64,000 bases of DNA from an uncultured Gemmatimonadaceae bacterium. GTDB taxonomy: Bacteria; Gemmatimonadota; Gemmatimonadetes; Gemmatimonadales; Gemmatimonadaceae. Below, piece after piece: positions 1 through 11,034 of the stretch. Below the pieces are notes generated by a model that did no database searches, was not told the origin of the DNA, and was given only the letters and a program-made list of their open reading frames with translations. The position numbers and the translations under genes were made by a program. Where the stretch lies: the NCBI GenBank assembly GCA_963716745.1, contig OY970320.1:192001-256000 (forward strand), written 5' to 3'. How positions within the stretch are numbered: position 1 is the stretch's first letter; each line of letters starts with the position of its first letter.

Positions 1-13
1 TGGCGCGCTCGGC

Positions 14-940
14 GTGCCGGTGATCGTCACCGACACGGCGGGGCGGCCCACCGCGATCTCCAATCTGCCGTTCAAGGCGCAGATCGATGATCCACGGGTA
101 CTCGAGTACCTCAAGGTGCTCGACAAGCTGAACCCGCCCGTGGTGGAGCCGCACATCGGCGCCGTGCACTTCGGCGACAGTCAGCTCACGACGAGTCTGC
201 GCTTCATCCCGGCGCTGCTCGTCTCCTTGCTCGCGATCGTGCTCTTGATCGGCGTGTACTCGGTGCGCACCCGCAGCCGCGCCGACCGGGAGCACGTCTG
301 GGCGGGCATGGCGCGCGAGTCCGCGCACCAGCTCGCGACGCCGCTCTCGAGTCTGAGCGGGTGGATCGAGCTGCTGCGCGAGCGCGCCGGCGATGAGGTG
401 TCGGTGTCCGCGATCGAGCACATGGAAGGGGATCTCGAACGCTTGCAGCGTGTGTCGCACCGGTTCGAGCGCATCGGACGGCCGCCGCGCAAAGAGAGAT
501 TGGATCTCGGCGCGCTCGTGACGCGCGTGGGTGCGTACTTCCAGGCGCGCGTGCCCACGCTGGCGCACCGGGTGACGATCGTCGCTTCCGGCGGCACCGA
601 CCCCGTAGTGATCGAGGGCGACGAAGTGTTGCTCGAATGGGCGCTCGAAGTGCTGGTAAAGAATGGTCTCGATGCGCTGGCTGGTCGCGGCGGACGCATG
701 TACCTCACCACCAAACGGCTCGATCCGGAGCGCGTGCGCGTGCGCGTGGCCGACGACGGCCCCGGGATCCCGCGCGAACTGCGCGCGCGCATCTTCGAGC
801 CCGGATTCTCCACGAAGGAGTCGGGGTGGGGGATCGGCCTCTCGCTCGCGGCACGCATCGTCCAGGAGAATCACGGCGGCCGGCTGCTGCTCGCGCCCTC
901 CGAGAAAGGCGCCACGTTCGACGTTATACTTCCTGGATGA
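14..940 (+). CDS. Sensor histidine kinase (5' truncated by window edge)
   Basis: TM helix, H-box ESAHQLATPLSSL, N-box LVKNGLDA, DDGPG, FEPGFSTK and GWGIGL ATPase motifs. Confidence 0.9.
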   Translation: MPVIVTDTAGRPTAISNLPFKAQIDDPRVLEYLKVLDKLNPPVVEPHIGAVHFGDSQLTTSLRFIPALLVSLLAIVLLIGVYSVRTRSRADREHVWAGMARESAHQLATPLSSLSGWIELLRERAGDEVSVSAIEHMEGDLERLQRVSHRFERIGRPPRKERLDLGALVTRVGAYFQARVPTLAHRVTIVASGGTDPVVIEGDEVLLEWALEVLVKNGLDALAGRGGRMYLTTKRLDPERVRVRVADDGPGIPRELRARIFEPGFSTKESGWGIGLSLAARIVQENHGGRLLLAPSEKGATFDVILPG

Positions 941-3202
941 CCAGCGTCCTGCCCGGCCGCGAAGCGGAGATGCTCGCGCGCCTGAATCCGGCACAGCACG
1001 AAGCAGTGATCCACGGCGACGGCCCCATGCTCGTGCTTGCGGGCGCGGGGTCGGGCAAGACGCGCGTGCTCACCACGCGCATCGCGCGTTTGGTGGAGCA
1101 CCACGGCGTGGATCCGCGGCATATCCTGGCGGTCACCTTCACGAACAAGGCGGCGGGCGAGATGAAGGAACGCGTCGCGCGGCTGCTTGGCGCGGAACCC
1201 GCGGGGATGTGGGCGGGCACCTTCCATGCGATCGGCGCGCGATTGTTGCGGCGGGAAGCATCGTACGCGCAGCGCACGGTGAGCTTCACGATCTACGATG
1301 AGGATGACGCGCTCACCGCGGTGAAGCGCGCGATGGAGCGCCTGCAGATCTCCGCCAAGCAGTGGGGGCCGCCGGCGATCCGGCGCGCGATCTCCGACGC
1401 GAAGAACGCGCTGGTGGGACCGGTGGAGTACGCATCGCTCGCGCTCGATCCGCTGAGCCGAGCCGCGGCGCGCGTGTACGAATTGCTCGACCGCACGCTG
1501 CGCGAATCGAACGCCGCCGATTTCGATGACCTGCTCGTGCTGCCCGTACGCATCCTGCAGCAGAACCCGGAGCGGCTCGCCGCGTACCGCGCGAAGTTCC
1601 GCTATCTGCTCGTGGATGAATACCAGGACACGAACCGGGCGCAGTACCAGCTGGTGAAACTCTTGGGCGGCGAGCACGGGAACGTGCAGGTCGTGGGCGA
1701 CGATGACCAATCGATCTACGGTTGGCGCGGCGCCGACGTGCGGAACATCCTGGACTTCGAGAAGGATTTCCCGTCGGCGCGCGTGGTGCGGCTCGAGGAG
1801 AACTACCGGTCCACGCCCGAGGTGCTGGCGGTGGCCAATGCGGCGATCGCCGCGAACATCGGCCGCCGCGGCAAGACGCTCCGCGCGACGCATCCGTCGG
1901 GCGAGCCGGTGACGGTGGCCGGCGCGCTCAATGAGCGCGATGAAGCCGAGTACGTCGCCGAGCAGATCACCGCGCGGCGCGAGGGTGACCGCGGGCTGTA
2001 CCTGCGCGACATCGCGGTGCTCTACCGCACGAACGCGCAGAGCCGCGCGTTCGAGGATGCCTTCCGCCGCCAGACGATCCCGTACCGGCTCGTGGGCGCG
2101 GTGCGCTTCTTCGACCGCCGCGAGATCCGCGATCTCATGGCGTACTTGAAGCTGGTCGCGAACCCGGCCGACGACGAGGCGTTCCGTCGCGCCGCCGCCG
2201 TGCCCAAGCGCGGTCTCGGCGACACCACGCTCGATGCGCTGGCCGATGGCGGCACGCGGTGCGGGCATCTCCATGCTCGCCGCGTCGTCGCGCGACGATC
2301 TCACCGGCGCGCTGCGTCCCGCCGCGCGCACGGCGCTCAGTTCCTTCGCCGCGCTCATCGCGCGTGTGCGCGATCTGGCCGCGAATGCTGGAGTGGACGA
2401 GATCCTGCGCGTCATCATCGACGACACGCGCTACGCCGAGCATCTGCGCGCGGAAGGCCCCGAGGGCGAGGACCGGATCGAGAACGTGCGGGAGCTCATG
2501 TCCAGCGCGAGCGAAGCGGTGGACGAGGAGGGCGGCGAGTTGGGCCTCACGCCGCTCGATCATTTCCTGCAGCGCGCGACCCTCGTGAGCGAGTTCGACA
2601 AACTCGACCGCGACGCCGATGCGGTGACGATGATGTCGCTGCACAACGCCAAGGGACTCGAGTTCCCGCTCGTATTCATCACGGGACTCGAGGAGGGGCT
2701 GTTCCCGCTTCGGCGTGCGACCGAGGACCCGGACGCGATGGAGGAAGAGCGGCGGCTGTTCTACGTGGGGATCACGCGCGCGAAGCAGAAGCTCTACCTC
2801 ACGCACGCACGCAGCCGTCGTCGGAACGGCGAGACGCTGCCGTCGCTGCCGTCGAGCCTGCTCGCGCCGATCCCGGCCTCGATGCTCGATTCGCACAGCA
2901 CCATCCGGCTGCGCGCCACGGGGCGTGCGGCGTTCCTCGTGACGCCCTCGATGCGCCGGCCCGGCGCGCCGGTGGAGAGGCGTCCGGCCGACTTCGATTT
3001 CGCGCCCGAAGAAGCGTCGCAGGATTCGGCGCGGCTGGTGAAGGGCGAGCGCGTGCGCCATGCGAAGTTCGGCAGCGGCACCGTGGCCGAGCTGCAGGGC
3101 ACCGGTCGCGACTGCAAAGTGACCGTGGACTTCGACGACGAGACGATCGGCCGCAAGAAGCTCGTCGTGATGCACGCGGGCCTCGAGCGGGGCTTCGAGT
3201 AG
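937..3202 (+). CDS. pcrA: ATP-dependent DNA helicase PcrA/UvrD (one apparent frameshift near 2250)
   Basis: AGAGSGKT, VTFTNKAA, DEYQD, VGDDDQSIYGWRGA in one frame; HNAKGLEF, EERRLFYVGITRA and C-terminal HAKFGSG in the next frame (2234..3202). Confidence 0.93.
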
Positions 3203-3511
3203 ATGGCCGTCGATCGCAGAGACGTGATGCACATCGCGGGGCTCGCGCGCATCGCCATCCCCGAGGAGCGCGTGCCGGAGCTGGTGTCGCAGCTCAACGG
3301 CATCCTCGCGCACATGGATGTGTTGCGCGACGCGGATACGAGCGGCGCGGCCGGCGCCGCGCCCGCCGAGGAAGCGCTCCGACTCCGCGAGGACCACGGC
3401 CCGCCGATCCCGCTCGCGGCGCCGCTCGATTCGTTCGCGCCGAGCATGCGCGACGGATTCTTCATCGTGCCGCGCCTCGCGACGCACGAAGACGAAGGGG
3501 AGTCCTCGTGA
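3203..3511 (+). CDS. gatC: Asp/Glu-tRNA amidotransferase subunit C
   Basis: HIAGLARI, LRED, FFIVPR motifs; directly before gatA. Confidence 0.9.
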   Translation: MAVDRRDVMHIAGLARIAIPEERVPELVSQLNGILAHMDVLRDADTSGAAGAAPAEEALRLREDHGPPIPLAAPLDSFAPSMRDGFFIVPRLATHEDEGESS

Positions 3512-4899
3512 GTGCCGTCGCCCGCGTCACCGCGAGCTTCGCGCGCATGGAGGAGGTGCACGCCGGCCGCGACGGGCTCAACTGCATCCTTTGGAAGGAC
3601 CGCGACGCGGCGCTCGCCGCTGCGCGCGAGCGGGATGCTCGTGCCAAGCCCGGCGTGCTCGCGGGCGTGCCCTACTGCGCGAAGGACAACTTCTCGACGA
3701 TCGGCCTGCCCACCACCTGCGGCTCGAAGATCCTGGAAGGCTACATGAGCCCATACGAGGCGACGTCGCTCGCGCGGCTCAACGCGGCCGGCGCGGTGCT
3801 CGTGGCCAAGACGAATTGCGATGAGTTCGCGATGGGCTCGTCCAACGAGCACAGCGCGTACGGACCGGTGAAGAATCCGCTCGATCCGTCGCGCGTGCCG
3901 GGCGGATCCTCAGGTGGATCGGCCGCCGCCGTCGCCGCCGGCATCGTGCGCATCGCGCTCGGCTCGGAGACGGGCGGCAGTGTGCGGCAGCCCGCTTCCT
4001 TTTGCGGAGTCGTGGGCGTGAAGCCGACCTATGGCCGCGTGAGCCGTTTCGGTCTCGTGGCGTTCGCGAGTTCGCTCGACCACGTGGCGGCGTTCGGCGC
4101 CGCGGTGGACGATGCGGCGCTCGCGCTGGAGGTAATGTCAGGGCACGACCCGCTCGACAGCACGAGCGCCGCGATCGCGCCGCCGGTGCTGCGCGACGAC
4201 GCGACGCGCGGTGGCGATCTCAAGGGTGTGGTCATCGGCCGCCCCAAGGAATATTTCCCGGGCACGCTCGATCCGCGGATCGTCGCGCATTGCGACCGCG
4301 CGCTCGACGCGCTCCGCGCGCGCGGCGCCACGGTGCGCGAGATCTCGCTGCCGCACACGGCCTACGCGATCCCCGTTTACTATATCGTGGCGCCGGCGGA
4401 AGCGAGCTCCAACCTCGCGCGCTTCGACGGCGTGCGCTACGGCATGCGCCTCGAGGGCGACGGGCTGCGCGGCATGTACGAGGCCACGCGCTCGCGCGGC
4501 TTCGGCGCCGAAGTGACGCGTCGCATCCTGCTCGGCACCTACGTCCTCTCCGCCGGTTACTACGACGCGTATTACCGCCGAGCACAGGACGTGCGCGCGC
4601 TCATCCGCGACGACTTCCGCCGCGCGTTCGACAGCGGCGTGCACGCGATCTTCACGCCCACCACGCCGTCGCCGGCGTTCACCTTCGGCGCGAAGTCCGA
4701 TCCGTACGAGATGTACATGAACGACATCTTCACCGCGACGGCGAATCTCGCGGGCGTGCCGGCAATGTCGGTGCCGGTGGGCCGCGTGGACGCCCTGCCA
4801 GTGGGCGGCCAGATCATCACGCGCCACTTCGACGAGCGCATGATGTTCCGCGTGGCCTACGGGCTCGAGAGCTCACTCGGCAAGGCGGCGCACTCGTGA
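3508..4899 (+). CDS. gatA: Asp/Glu-tRNA amidotransferase subunit A
   Basis: Amidase signature [43 protein letters not shown] overlaps gatC stop. Confidence 0.95.
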   Translation: MSAVARVTASFARMEEVHAGRDGLNCILWKDRDAALAAARERDARAKPGVLAGVPYCAKDNFSTIGLPTTCGSKILEGYMSPYEATSLARLNAAGAVLVAKTNCDEFAMGSSNEHSAYGPVKNPLDPSRVPGGSSGGSAAAVAAGIVRIALGSETGGSVRQPASFCGVVGVKPTYGRVSRFGLVAFASSLDHVAAFGAAVDDAALALEVMSGHDPLDSTSAAIAPPVLRDDATRGGDLKGVVIGRPKEYFPGTLDPRIVAHCDRALDALRARGATVREISLPHTAYAIPVYYIVAPAEASSNLARFDGVRYGMRLEGDGLRGMYEATRSRGFGAEVTRRILLGTYVLSAGYYDAYYRRAQDVRALIRDDFRRAFDSGVHAIFTPTTPSPAFTFGAKSDPYEMYMNDIFTATANLAGVPAMSVPVGRVDALPVGGQIITRHFDERMMFRVAYGLESSLGKAAHS

Positions 4900-6357
4900 G
4901 CGCGGCCGCCGGCTTCGAGATGGTGGTGGGCCTCGAGGTGCACGTGCAGCTCAAGACGCTCACCAAAGCGTTCTGCTCGTGCAGCAGCGAGTACGGCGCG
5001 CTGCCGAACGTGAACACGTGTCCGGTGTGCCTCGGACTGCCGGGAAGCCTGCCGGCGCTCAACGCGCGCGCCGTGCAGCTCGCGGTGCGCGCGGCGCACG
5101 CGCTGCAATGTGAAGTGCGCGAGCGATCGGTGTTCGCACGCAAGCACTACTTCTATCCGGACCTTCCCAAGGGCTACCAGATCTCGCAGTACGACAAGCC
5201 GCTCGCCGAACATGGTCGGCTCACCATCTCCGGGCCGGGCGGCGAACCGATGGTGGTCGGGATCACGCGCGTACACATGGAGGAGGATGCCGGCAAGTCG
5301 ATCCACGATCGTTTCCCGGGCGTGAGCGCGATCGATCTCAATCGTGCGGGCGTTCCGCTCATCGAGATCGTGAGCGAACCGGACATGCGGAGTCGCGCAG
5401 GCGGCCGGCGCGTACCTGCGCGAGATCAAGCAGCTGCTCGAGTACATCGACGTCAGCGATGTGAACATGGAGGAGGGCAGTCTGCGCGTGGACGCGAACG
5501 TCAGCGCGCGTCTGCACGGCGCGACCACGCTCGGCACGAAAACGGAAGTTAAGAACATGAATTCGATCTCCGGCGTCGAACGCGCGCTCGAGAGCGAGTT
5601 CGCGCGGCAATGCGCACTGCTCGCGCGCGGCGAGGCGGTTCACCAGCAGACTATGCTCTGGGACGGCGCGCGCGGCGAAGTGCGGCCGGCGCGCTCGAAA
5701 GAGGGCAGCCATGACTACCGCTACTTCCCGGAGCCCGATCTCCCGCCGCTCATCCTGGCGCCCGCGTACATCGAGGAGATCGCGAGCGAGCTCCCGGAAC
5801 TGCCGCGCGCGAAGCGCGCCCGGTTCGCCATCGCAGTACGCGCTGAGCGCCGGGCGCGATGTCGACGTCCTGACCGCGAGCGTCGCGGTGGCCGACTACT
5901 TCGAGAACGTCGCGGCGAAGCACGGCGACGCGAAGGCCGCCGCGAACTGGGTGATGGGAGAGGTGCTCGCGTGGTGCAACGCCGCCGCGCGCCCCGTCAC
6001 CGAGTGTCAGGTCACCGAGAATCGCGCTCGCGTGCACTCCTCGATCTCGTGCGCGACGGCACGGTGAGTCACAACGCCGCCAAGCGCATCTTCGCGGCGA
6101 TCGCGGAGCAGGGCGGCGAACCGCGCGCGATCGCCGAGCGCGATGGCCTGATCCAGGAACGCGACTCCGGCGCGCTCGCCCAGTGGGTCGATGAAGTGCT
6201 GGCCGAGAATGCGGCTGAAGCCGGCCGATTCCTCGGCGGCGAGAAGAAGCTCCAGGGCGTGCTCGTGGGACTTGTGATGAAGAAGTCGAAGGGGCGCGCC
6301 GATCCGAAGCAGGTGAATCAGTTGCTGTCGGAGCGGGCCTCGCGCACCGGCGCGTAG
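4896..6357 (+). CDS. gatB: Asp/Glu-tRNA amidotransferase subunit B (apparent frameshifts near 5395, 5830, 6030)
   Basis: [59 protein letters not shown] spread over successive frames. Confidence 0.93.
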
Positions 6358-7274
6358 AGCGGGGAAGGCAGGCCGGACGCGAAGGTGAGCGCGGAATCCG
6401 GCATCGCGAACTCGCGCACCGCCTCTTCGGCGACGCGGAATTCCAACCCGCTCGCGCGCGCGCCGCGTCGCACTTCGAGCGCGCGGCGCAGCGCCACGTC
6501 GCCCGCGGGATCGAGCGTGTACGGCTCCGAGCGCTCCACGCGGCTCAGGAAATCCATGACGTAGTCGTACGACCGCTCCATGTAGCGCGCGACCTCCGGA
6601 TCGCTCAGGTCCCACCGGCTCGCGTCGGCTGCCAACTGGAACACGCGCTGCCACGACTCGCTGTCGATCACGTGCACCATGCCGCGGAAGATCCGGCGCC
6701 CGGTCTGCGTGCTGAAGATGGTGGGGCTCAGGATCCGGTCGAGGTGCGTGTCGGAGCGCGAATGGTCGCGCTGGATCACATCGCGGGCGCGCCGGCTGTA
6801 CCCGCCGCCGAGATGCGTCTCGAAGCGGCTCTCCCAGTAGCTGTGGCCGAGCCCCGATGTGCGCGACGCGAGGGCGAGATAGCGGGGCACGAAGAAATTG
6901 TGCGCCACCGCGTCGGCGGCGAGGTGCGAGAGATAGCCCAGGCCGAACGCGCGCAGCGGCCCCTCGGGCGCGCGCTCGAAGATCTCCAGGCCGACGGCCC
7001 ACGAATGACAGTGCCGTCCCGCCGGCGCGTACTTCTTCGCGATGCTCGTGTCGGCGGCAATGTTCCCGTACAGGAAATCGTAGGGGAAGGCGCGCAGCAG
7101 GTCAGCGACGCTCGACGGCAGCTGCGCGAGCGCGCTCAGCACCGACTCGCCGAGAAAGATGTGGGTGCCCGGAGCCCACGCCCACGCGGCGGAGGGGAGC
7201 AGCACGATGCCGAGGAGCACGAGCGCGCCAAGCGCGAGCGCACGGCGGCGCCGCGTGAGTCCGGCCACCCTCAT
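6318..7274 (-). CDS. Zinc-dependent phospholipase C family protein
   Basis: Signal peptide then AWAPGTH (N-terminal Trp/His Zn ligands), GYLSHLAADAVAH, HSYWE. Confidence 0.75.
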   Translation of the reverse strand: MRVAGLTRRRRALALGALVLLGIVLLPSAAWAWAPGTHIFLGESVLSALAQLPSSVADLLRAFPYDFLYGNIAADTSIAKKYAPAGRHCHSWAVGLEIFERAPEGPLRAFGLGYLSHLAADAVAHNFFVPRYLALASRTSGLGHSYWESRFETHLGGGYSRRARDVIQRDHSRSDTHLDRILSPTIFSTQTGRRIFRGMVHVIDSESWQRVFQLAADASRWDLSDPEVARYMERSYDYVMDFLSRVERSEPYTLDPAGDVALRRALEVRRGARASGLEFRVAEEAVREFAMPDSALTFASGLPSPLYAPVREARSDSN

Positions 7275-7870
7275 TCGGCGTCCCGCGAGCGCTGATGCCG
7301 CGCGCGAGGTCCGCCGCGCCGGTGCTCCGCCGGCGGACGCGGGGTGGGTTCGGTATCGGCGTCATCGTCGTCGCGCCGCGCGGCGCCGCGGCGACGGAAG
7401 ACCGAAGCGCCGGTGCGCACGCCGCGGATCACGCTTGCGGCGCCCACCACCGCTTCCTCCGCCTCATCGCGCGCGACGCGCACGATGGCGTCGAATTCCT
7501 GGAATCGCGCGTCGGCCGTCGCGACGGCATCGCGCAGCGTCTCGTTCGCGCTCTTGATCGTATCCGTGACGCCGTCCACCGCGTCGTGCACCTTGGTGGC
7601 CGCGTCCTCGAGGTGCTCCGCGATGGCTTGGGTCTTCTGCGTGATGGGCAGGATGTCGGCGCGGAACCGCTCCACGGCGTCGCCGATCCGGTCGAAGGCG
7701 CGGCTCAGGCGATAGGCCATCACCGCCACGGCGCCAAGGAGCCCGATGAGCATGACCGCGATGATGATCGCCACGAGCCCTTCCACCGTCCACAGCCAAC
7801 CCGGCTGCATGCGCGTCACGACCTGCGTGGTGTCGAGCGCGAAGAGGGGCATGGCGGCGAGGATCATCAA
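7271..7870 (-). CDS. Single-TM coiled-coil protein, DUF948/YoxC-like
   Basis: One TM segment followed by long amphipathic helical region; overlaps both neighbours by 4 nt. Confidence 0.6.
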   Translation of the reverse strand: MMILAAMPLFALDTTQVVTRMQPGWLWTVEGLVAIIIAVMLIGLLGAVAVMAYRLSRAFDRIGDAVERFRADILPITQKTQAIAEHLEDAATKVHDAVDGVTDTIKSANETLRDAVATADARFQEFDAIVRVARDEAEEAVVGAASVIRGVRTGASVFRRRGAARRDDDDADTEPTPRPPAEHRRGGPRARHQRSRDAE

Positions 7871-8211
7871 CTGGTCTCGAGCTCCGCTTTGAGGCCGATC
7901 ACACGGCTGACGGGCACGGTGAAGACGATCCCTTGCCCCGGGAGGTCAAGATTCCCGCAGATCTCCTGGATGAGCGCCACAGCGCGTTCCGCCTTCTCGT
8001 CGTCCACGACGCTGAACACCGTCTGGTTGGCCGGGCGGCTCTGTGCGCGCAAGGCTCTGACCCCGGCGAAGATGGGCACATCCTGGCTGAGCACGTGTCC
8101 CATGCCTTCGCTGTCGATCACGGTCGCACCGGTGATGCCGAGCTCGACGAACGCCGCGAGGAGATCGTCTACGAGTTCCGCATGATTGATGACGGCCACC
8201 AGGAGCTGCAT
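7867..8211 (-). CDS. Non-canonical P-II-like signalling protein
   Basis: 114 aa; GITGATVIDSEGMG and GQGIVFTVPV match the P-II fold pattern; no GAEY T-loop motif. Confidence 0.75.
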   Translation of the reverse strand: MQLLVAVINHAELVDDLLAAFVELGITGATVIDSEGMGHVLSQDVPIFAGVRALRAQSRPANQTVFSVVDDEKAERAVALIQEICGNLDLPGQGIVFTVPVSRVIGLKAELETS

Positions 8212-8322
8212 ACACTGTTCCCTAGCTGAGACGCGCGTATTCGGGATATCAAGGTTGCCTAACGGCGCGTGTGGCGACAAGTACCAGGGCCTACACGTGC
8301 CGAACAGTGTCGTAGCGAGTGC

Positions 8323-8352
8323 TTGACCGCGCGAGTGGTGAGTCGTCATTCT
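8323..8352 (+). promoter_or_regulatory. Putative sigma70 promoter for murA
   Basis: TTGACC-18nt-CATTCT upstream of ATG 8380. Confidence 0.35.
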
Positions 8353-8379
8353 CCGTTACTCGCTCTCACTCGAGATCAC

Positions 8380-9670
8380 ATGGCCTCCCCGCACTACATC
8401 GTCGAAGGCGGACACAAGCTGTCCGGCACGATCCGTCCCTCGGGGAACAAGAATGCCGCGCTGCCGATCATCGCCGCGGCGCTGCTCACCGACCAGCCGG
8501 TGACGCTCGAGAACGTGCCGCGCATCCGCGACGTCGAGACGCTCGTGGAGCTCGTGCTCTCGCTCGGCGTGAAAGCCGAATGGTCCGGGCGCAACACGCT
8601 GGCCATCCACGCGCGCGATGTGCGCGCCAGCGCGCTCGATCCGGCGCTGTGCGCGCGGATCCGCGCGTCGATCCTGCTCGCCGCGCCGCTGCTCGCGCGC
8701 TGCGGCGCGGTGACGCTGCCGCCGCCGGGCGGCAATGTGATCGGCCGCCGCCGCGTCGACACGCACTTCCTCGCCCTCGAGCAGCTCGGCGCCAAGTGCG
8801 ATGTGGGGGCCAACTACGATCTCAGCACGAAGGGTCTGAAAGGCGCCGATGTGTTCCTCGACGAGCCGAGCGTCACGGCCACCGAGAACGCGCTCATGGC
8901 CGCCGCCGCAGCCAGCGGCCGCACGATCCTTCGCAACGCGGCGAGCGAGCCGCACGTGCAGGATCTCGCGAACTTCCTCGTCGCGCTCGGCGCCCGCATC
9001 GGCGGCATCGGCACCAACGAGATGACCATCGAGGGCGCGAAGAGCTTCCGCGGCGCCACGCACCGCATCGGGCCCGATCACATCGAGGTCGGATCGTTCA
9101 TCGGCCTGGCGGCCGTGACGAACTCCGCGATCCGCATCGAGGATGCGGGCCTCGAGCATCTCCGCAGCGTGCGCTTCGGCTTCGAGCGGCTCGGCGTCGT
9201 CTGCCAGAGCGACGGCACGGCGCTCGTCGTGCCGGCGGGCCAGGACCGCGGAGATCCGCAGCGACCTCGGCGGCCACGTGCCGAAGCTCGAGGACCAACC
9301 GTGGCCCGCGTTCCCGGCCGACCTCATGTCGATCGCGATCGTGACGGCCACGCAGTGCAAGGGGCTGATCCTGATGCACGAGAAGATGTTCGAATCGCGG
9401 CTCTTCTTCGTGGACAAACTCACGATGATGGGCGCGCGCATCGTGCTGTGCGATCCGCATCGCGCGCTGGTCGCGGGGCCGTCGCCGCTGCACGGGGCGA
9501 CGCTCGAGTCGCCCGACATCCGCGCGGGCATGGCGATGCTGCTCGCGGCGCTCTGCGCGGAAGGGACGAGCACCATCAATAACGTGGGGCAGATCGAGCG
9601 CGGCTACGAGCGCATCGACGAGCGCGTGCGCGCGCTGGGCGCGAGAGTCACCCGCGTCGACCGCGCGTAG
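8380..9670 (+). CDS. murA: UDP-N-acetylglucosamine 1-carboxyvinyltransferase (apparent frameshift near 9250)
   Basis: [46 protein letters not shown]. Confidence 0.95.
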
Positions 9671-9671
9671 C

Positions 9672-10475
9672 ATGCCGGTGCCCTGCGAGGAGGTCCCCGA
9701 CTTCGCGGACCTCGGCGTGCGGGCGTTCACGACGACGAGAGCAGCTGGGAGCTTTGCCTGGCAGAGCGCCGAACCGGCGGCCGCCATCCTCGCGCGATGG
9801 GATGCACTCCGCGCGGAACTTCGCGCCGCCGGCGTGGAACGGCTCGCGACCGCGCATCAGGTTCACGGTACGCGCGTGCTCGAACACGTCGCCGGCTGGG
9901 ACGGGCTGCTTCGCGCGAATGACGCCGACGGCCATTTCTCCCCGAAGCGCGGCACCGCGATGGCCGTCACGATCGCCGACTGCGTGCCGGTGTTCATCGC
10001 GCATACCTCGGGCGCCGCGACACTGTTGCACTCCGGCTGGCGCGGCACCGCGGCCCGGATCGTGGATCGAGGAATCGCCGCCTTCCGCCGCGCGGGACTC
10101 GCGCCGCGCGACCTGATCGTGCACCTCGGACCGGCGATCTGCGGCCAATGCTACGAAGTGAGCCCGGATGTGTACGCCGATCTCACTGGCCGCCGCGTCG
10201 CCGCGCCGACGCCCGTCGATCTCCGCCGGATCATCGCCCAGCATGCACGCGACGCCGGCGTACTTCGCATCACGCAGAGCGCACGATGCACGAAGTGCGA
10301 TAACGGGATCTTCTTCTCCCACCGCGCTGGCGATGACGGGCGCCAACTCGCCGTGATCGCAGCGCGCGCAGGCTGTAGCAGCCTAGCGCCGAGCAACGCG
10401 CTGACGGCTCGCTGCGCTCGAGCTGTATCATCGCGCCCCGGCATTAGACTTCACATTCGACTGCTCGCGCGCTAG
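9672..10475 (+). CDS. pgeF: PgeF/YfiH polyphenol-oxidase-like family protein
   Basis: HQVHG, ADCVPV, HSGWRG, GPAICGQCYEV, FFSHR; C-terminal tail uncertain. Confidence 0.88.
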   Translation: MPVPCEEVPDFADLGVRAFTTTRAAGSFAWQSAEPAAAILARWDALRAELRAAGVERLATAHQVHGTRVLEHVAGWDGLLRANDADGHFSPKRGTAMAVTIADCVPVFIAHTSGAATLLHSGWRGTAARIVDRGIAAFRRAGLAPRDLIVHLGPAICGQCYEVSPDVYADLTGRRVAAPTPVDLRRIIAQHARDAGVLRITQSARCTKCDNGIFFSHRAGDDGRQLAVIAARAGCSSLAPSNALTARCARAVSSRPGIRLHIRLLAR

Positions 10476-10478
10476 ATT
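10450..10478 (+). promoter_or_regulatory. Putative sigma70 promoter of the rimP-nusA-infB operon
   Basis: TTCACA-17nt-TAGATT. Confidence 0.55.
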
Positions 10479-10497
10479 CCTTCGACGCCGAGCGCGG

Positions 10498-10529
10498 AGC
10501 AGTGGGGTTTTCACCCCACGCTTTTTTTT
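10498..10529 (+). terminator. rimP leader terminator/attenuator
   Basis: GTGGGGT-TTTC-ACCCCAC stem-loop followed by T8, 22 nt before the rimP start. Confidence 0.8.
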
Positions 10530-10551
10530 GCCCTGTAGGCTGCGACGCAAC

Positions 10552-11010
10552 GTGAACGACGATCTGCAACCGCTTGTCGAATCGGAACTTGACGCACTCG
10601 GCCTGGATCTCGTCGAGATGCGGCGCGGAGGCTCGCGCTCGCGTCCGACGCTCGAGATCCGGATCGATCGCCGGGATGGCGTGAAGGTCACGGTCGACGA
10701 TTGTGCGGCGGCTTCTCGCGCGATCGAAGCCAAGCTCGACGCGGCACCGGTGCTCGGCGAACGCTACGTGCTCGAGGTCTCGTCGCCCGGTGTCGAGCGG
10801 CCGCTGAAGACAGCGGCCGATTGGCGCCGCTTCGCGGGACGCAAGGCGAACGTGTTGAGCTCGGCGCTCGGCGGCCGCGAAGAGGTCGTGATCGTAGGGG
10901 TCGAGGACGATGGGATCGGCGCATCCGCCGTGGTGCGCACGCGAAAAGGCGAGGAAAAGCGCATACCGCTGGCCGAGGTCAAGGAAGCGCGGCTGGCGTT
11001 CACCTGGTGA
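10552..11010 (+). CDS. rimP: Ribosome maturation factor RimP
   Basis: VTVDDC, YVLEVSSPGVERPL. Confidence 0.95.
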   Translation: MNDDLQPLVESELDALGLDLVEMRRGGSRSRPTLEIRIDRRDGVKVTVDDCAAASRAIEAKLDAAPVLGERYVLEVSSPGVERPLKTAADWRRFAGRKANVLSSALGGREEVVIVGVEDDGIGASAVVRTRKGEEKRIPLAEVKEARLAFTW

Positions 11011-11034
11011 GTCGTACCTGAGAGGGAGCACGCG

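Noticed and set aside
637..4899. 1420-aa helicase-amidase fusion ORF
   Set aside because: Artefact of the pcrA frameshift running in an off frame through gatC into gatA; the middle part is non-protein-like.
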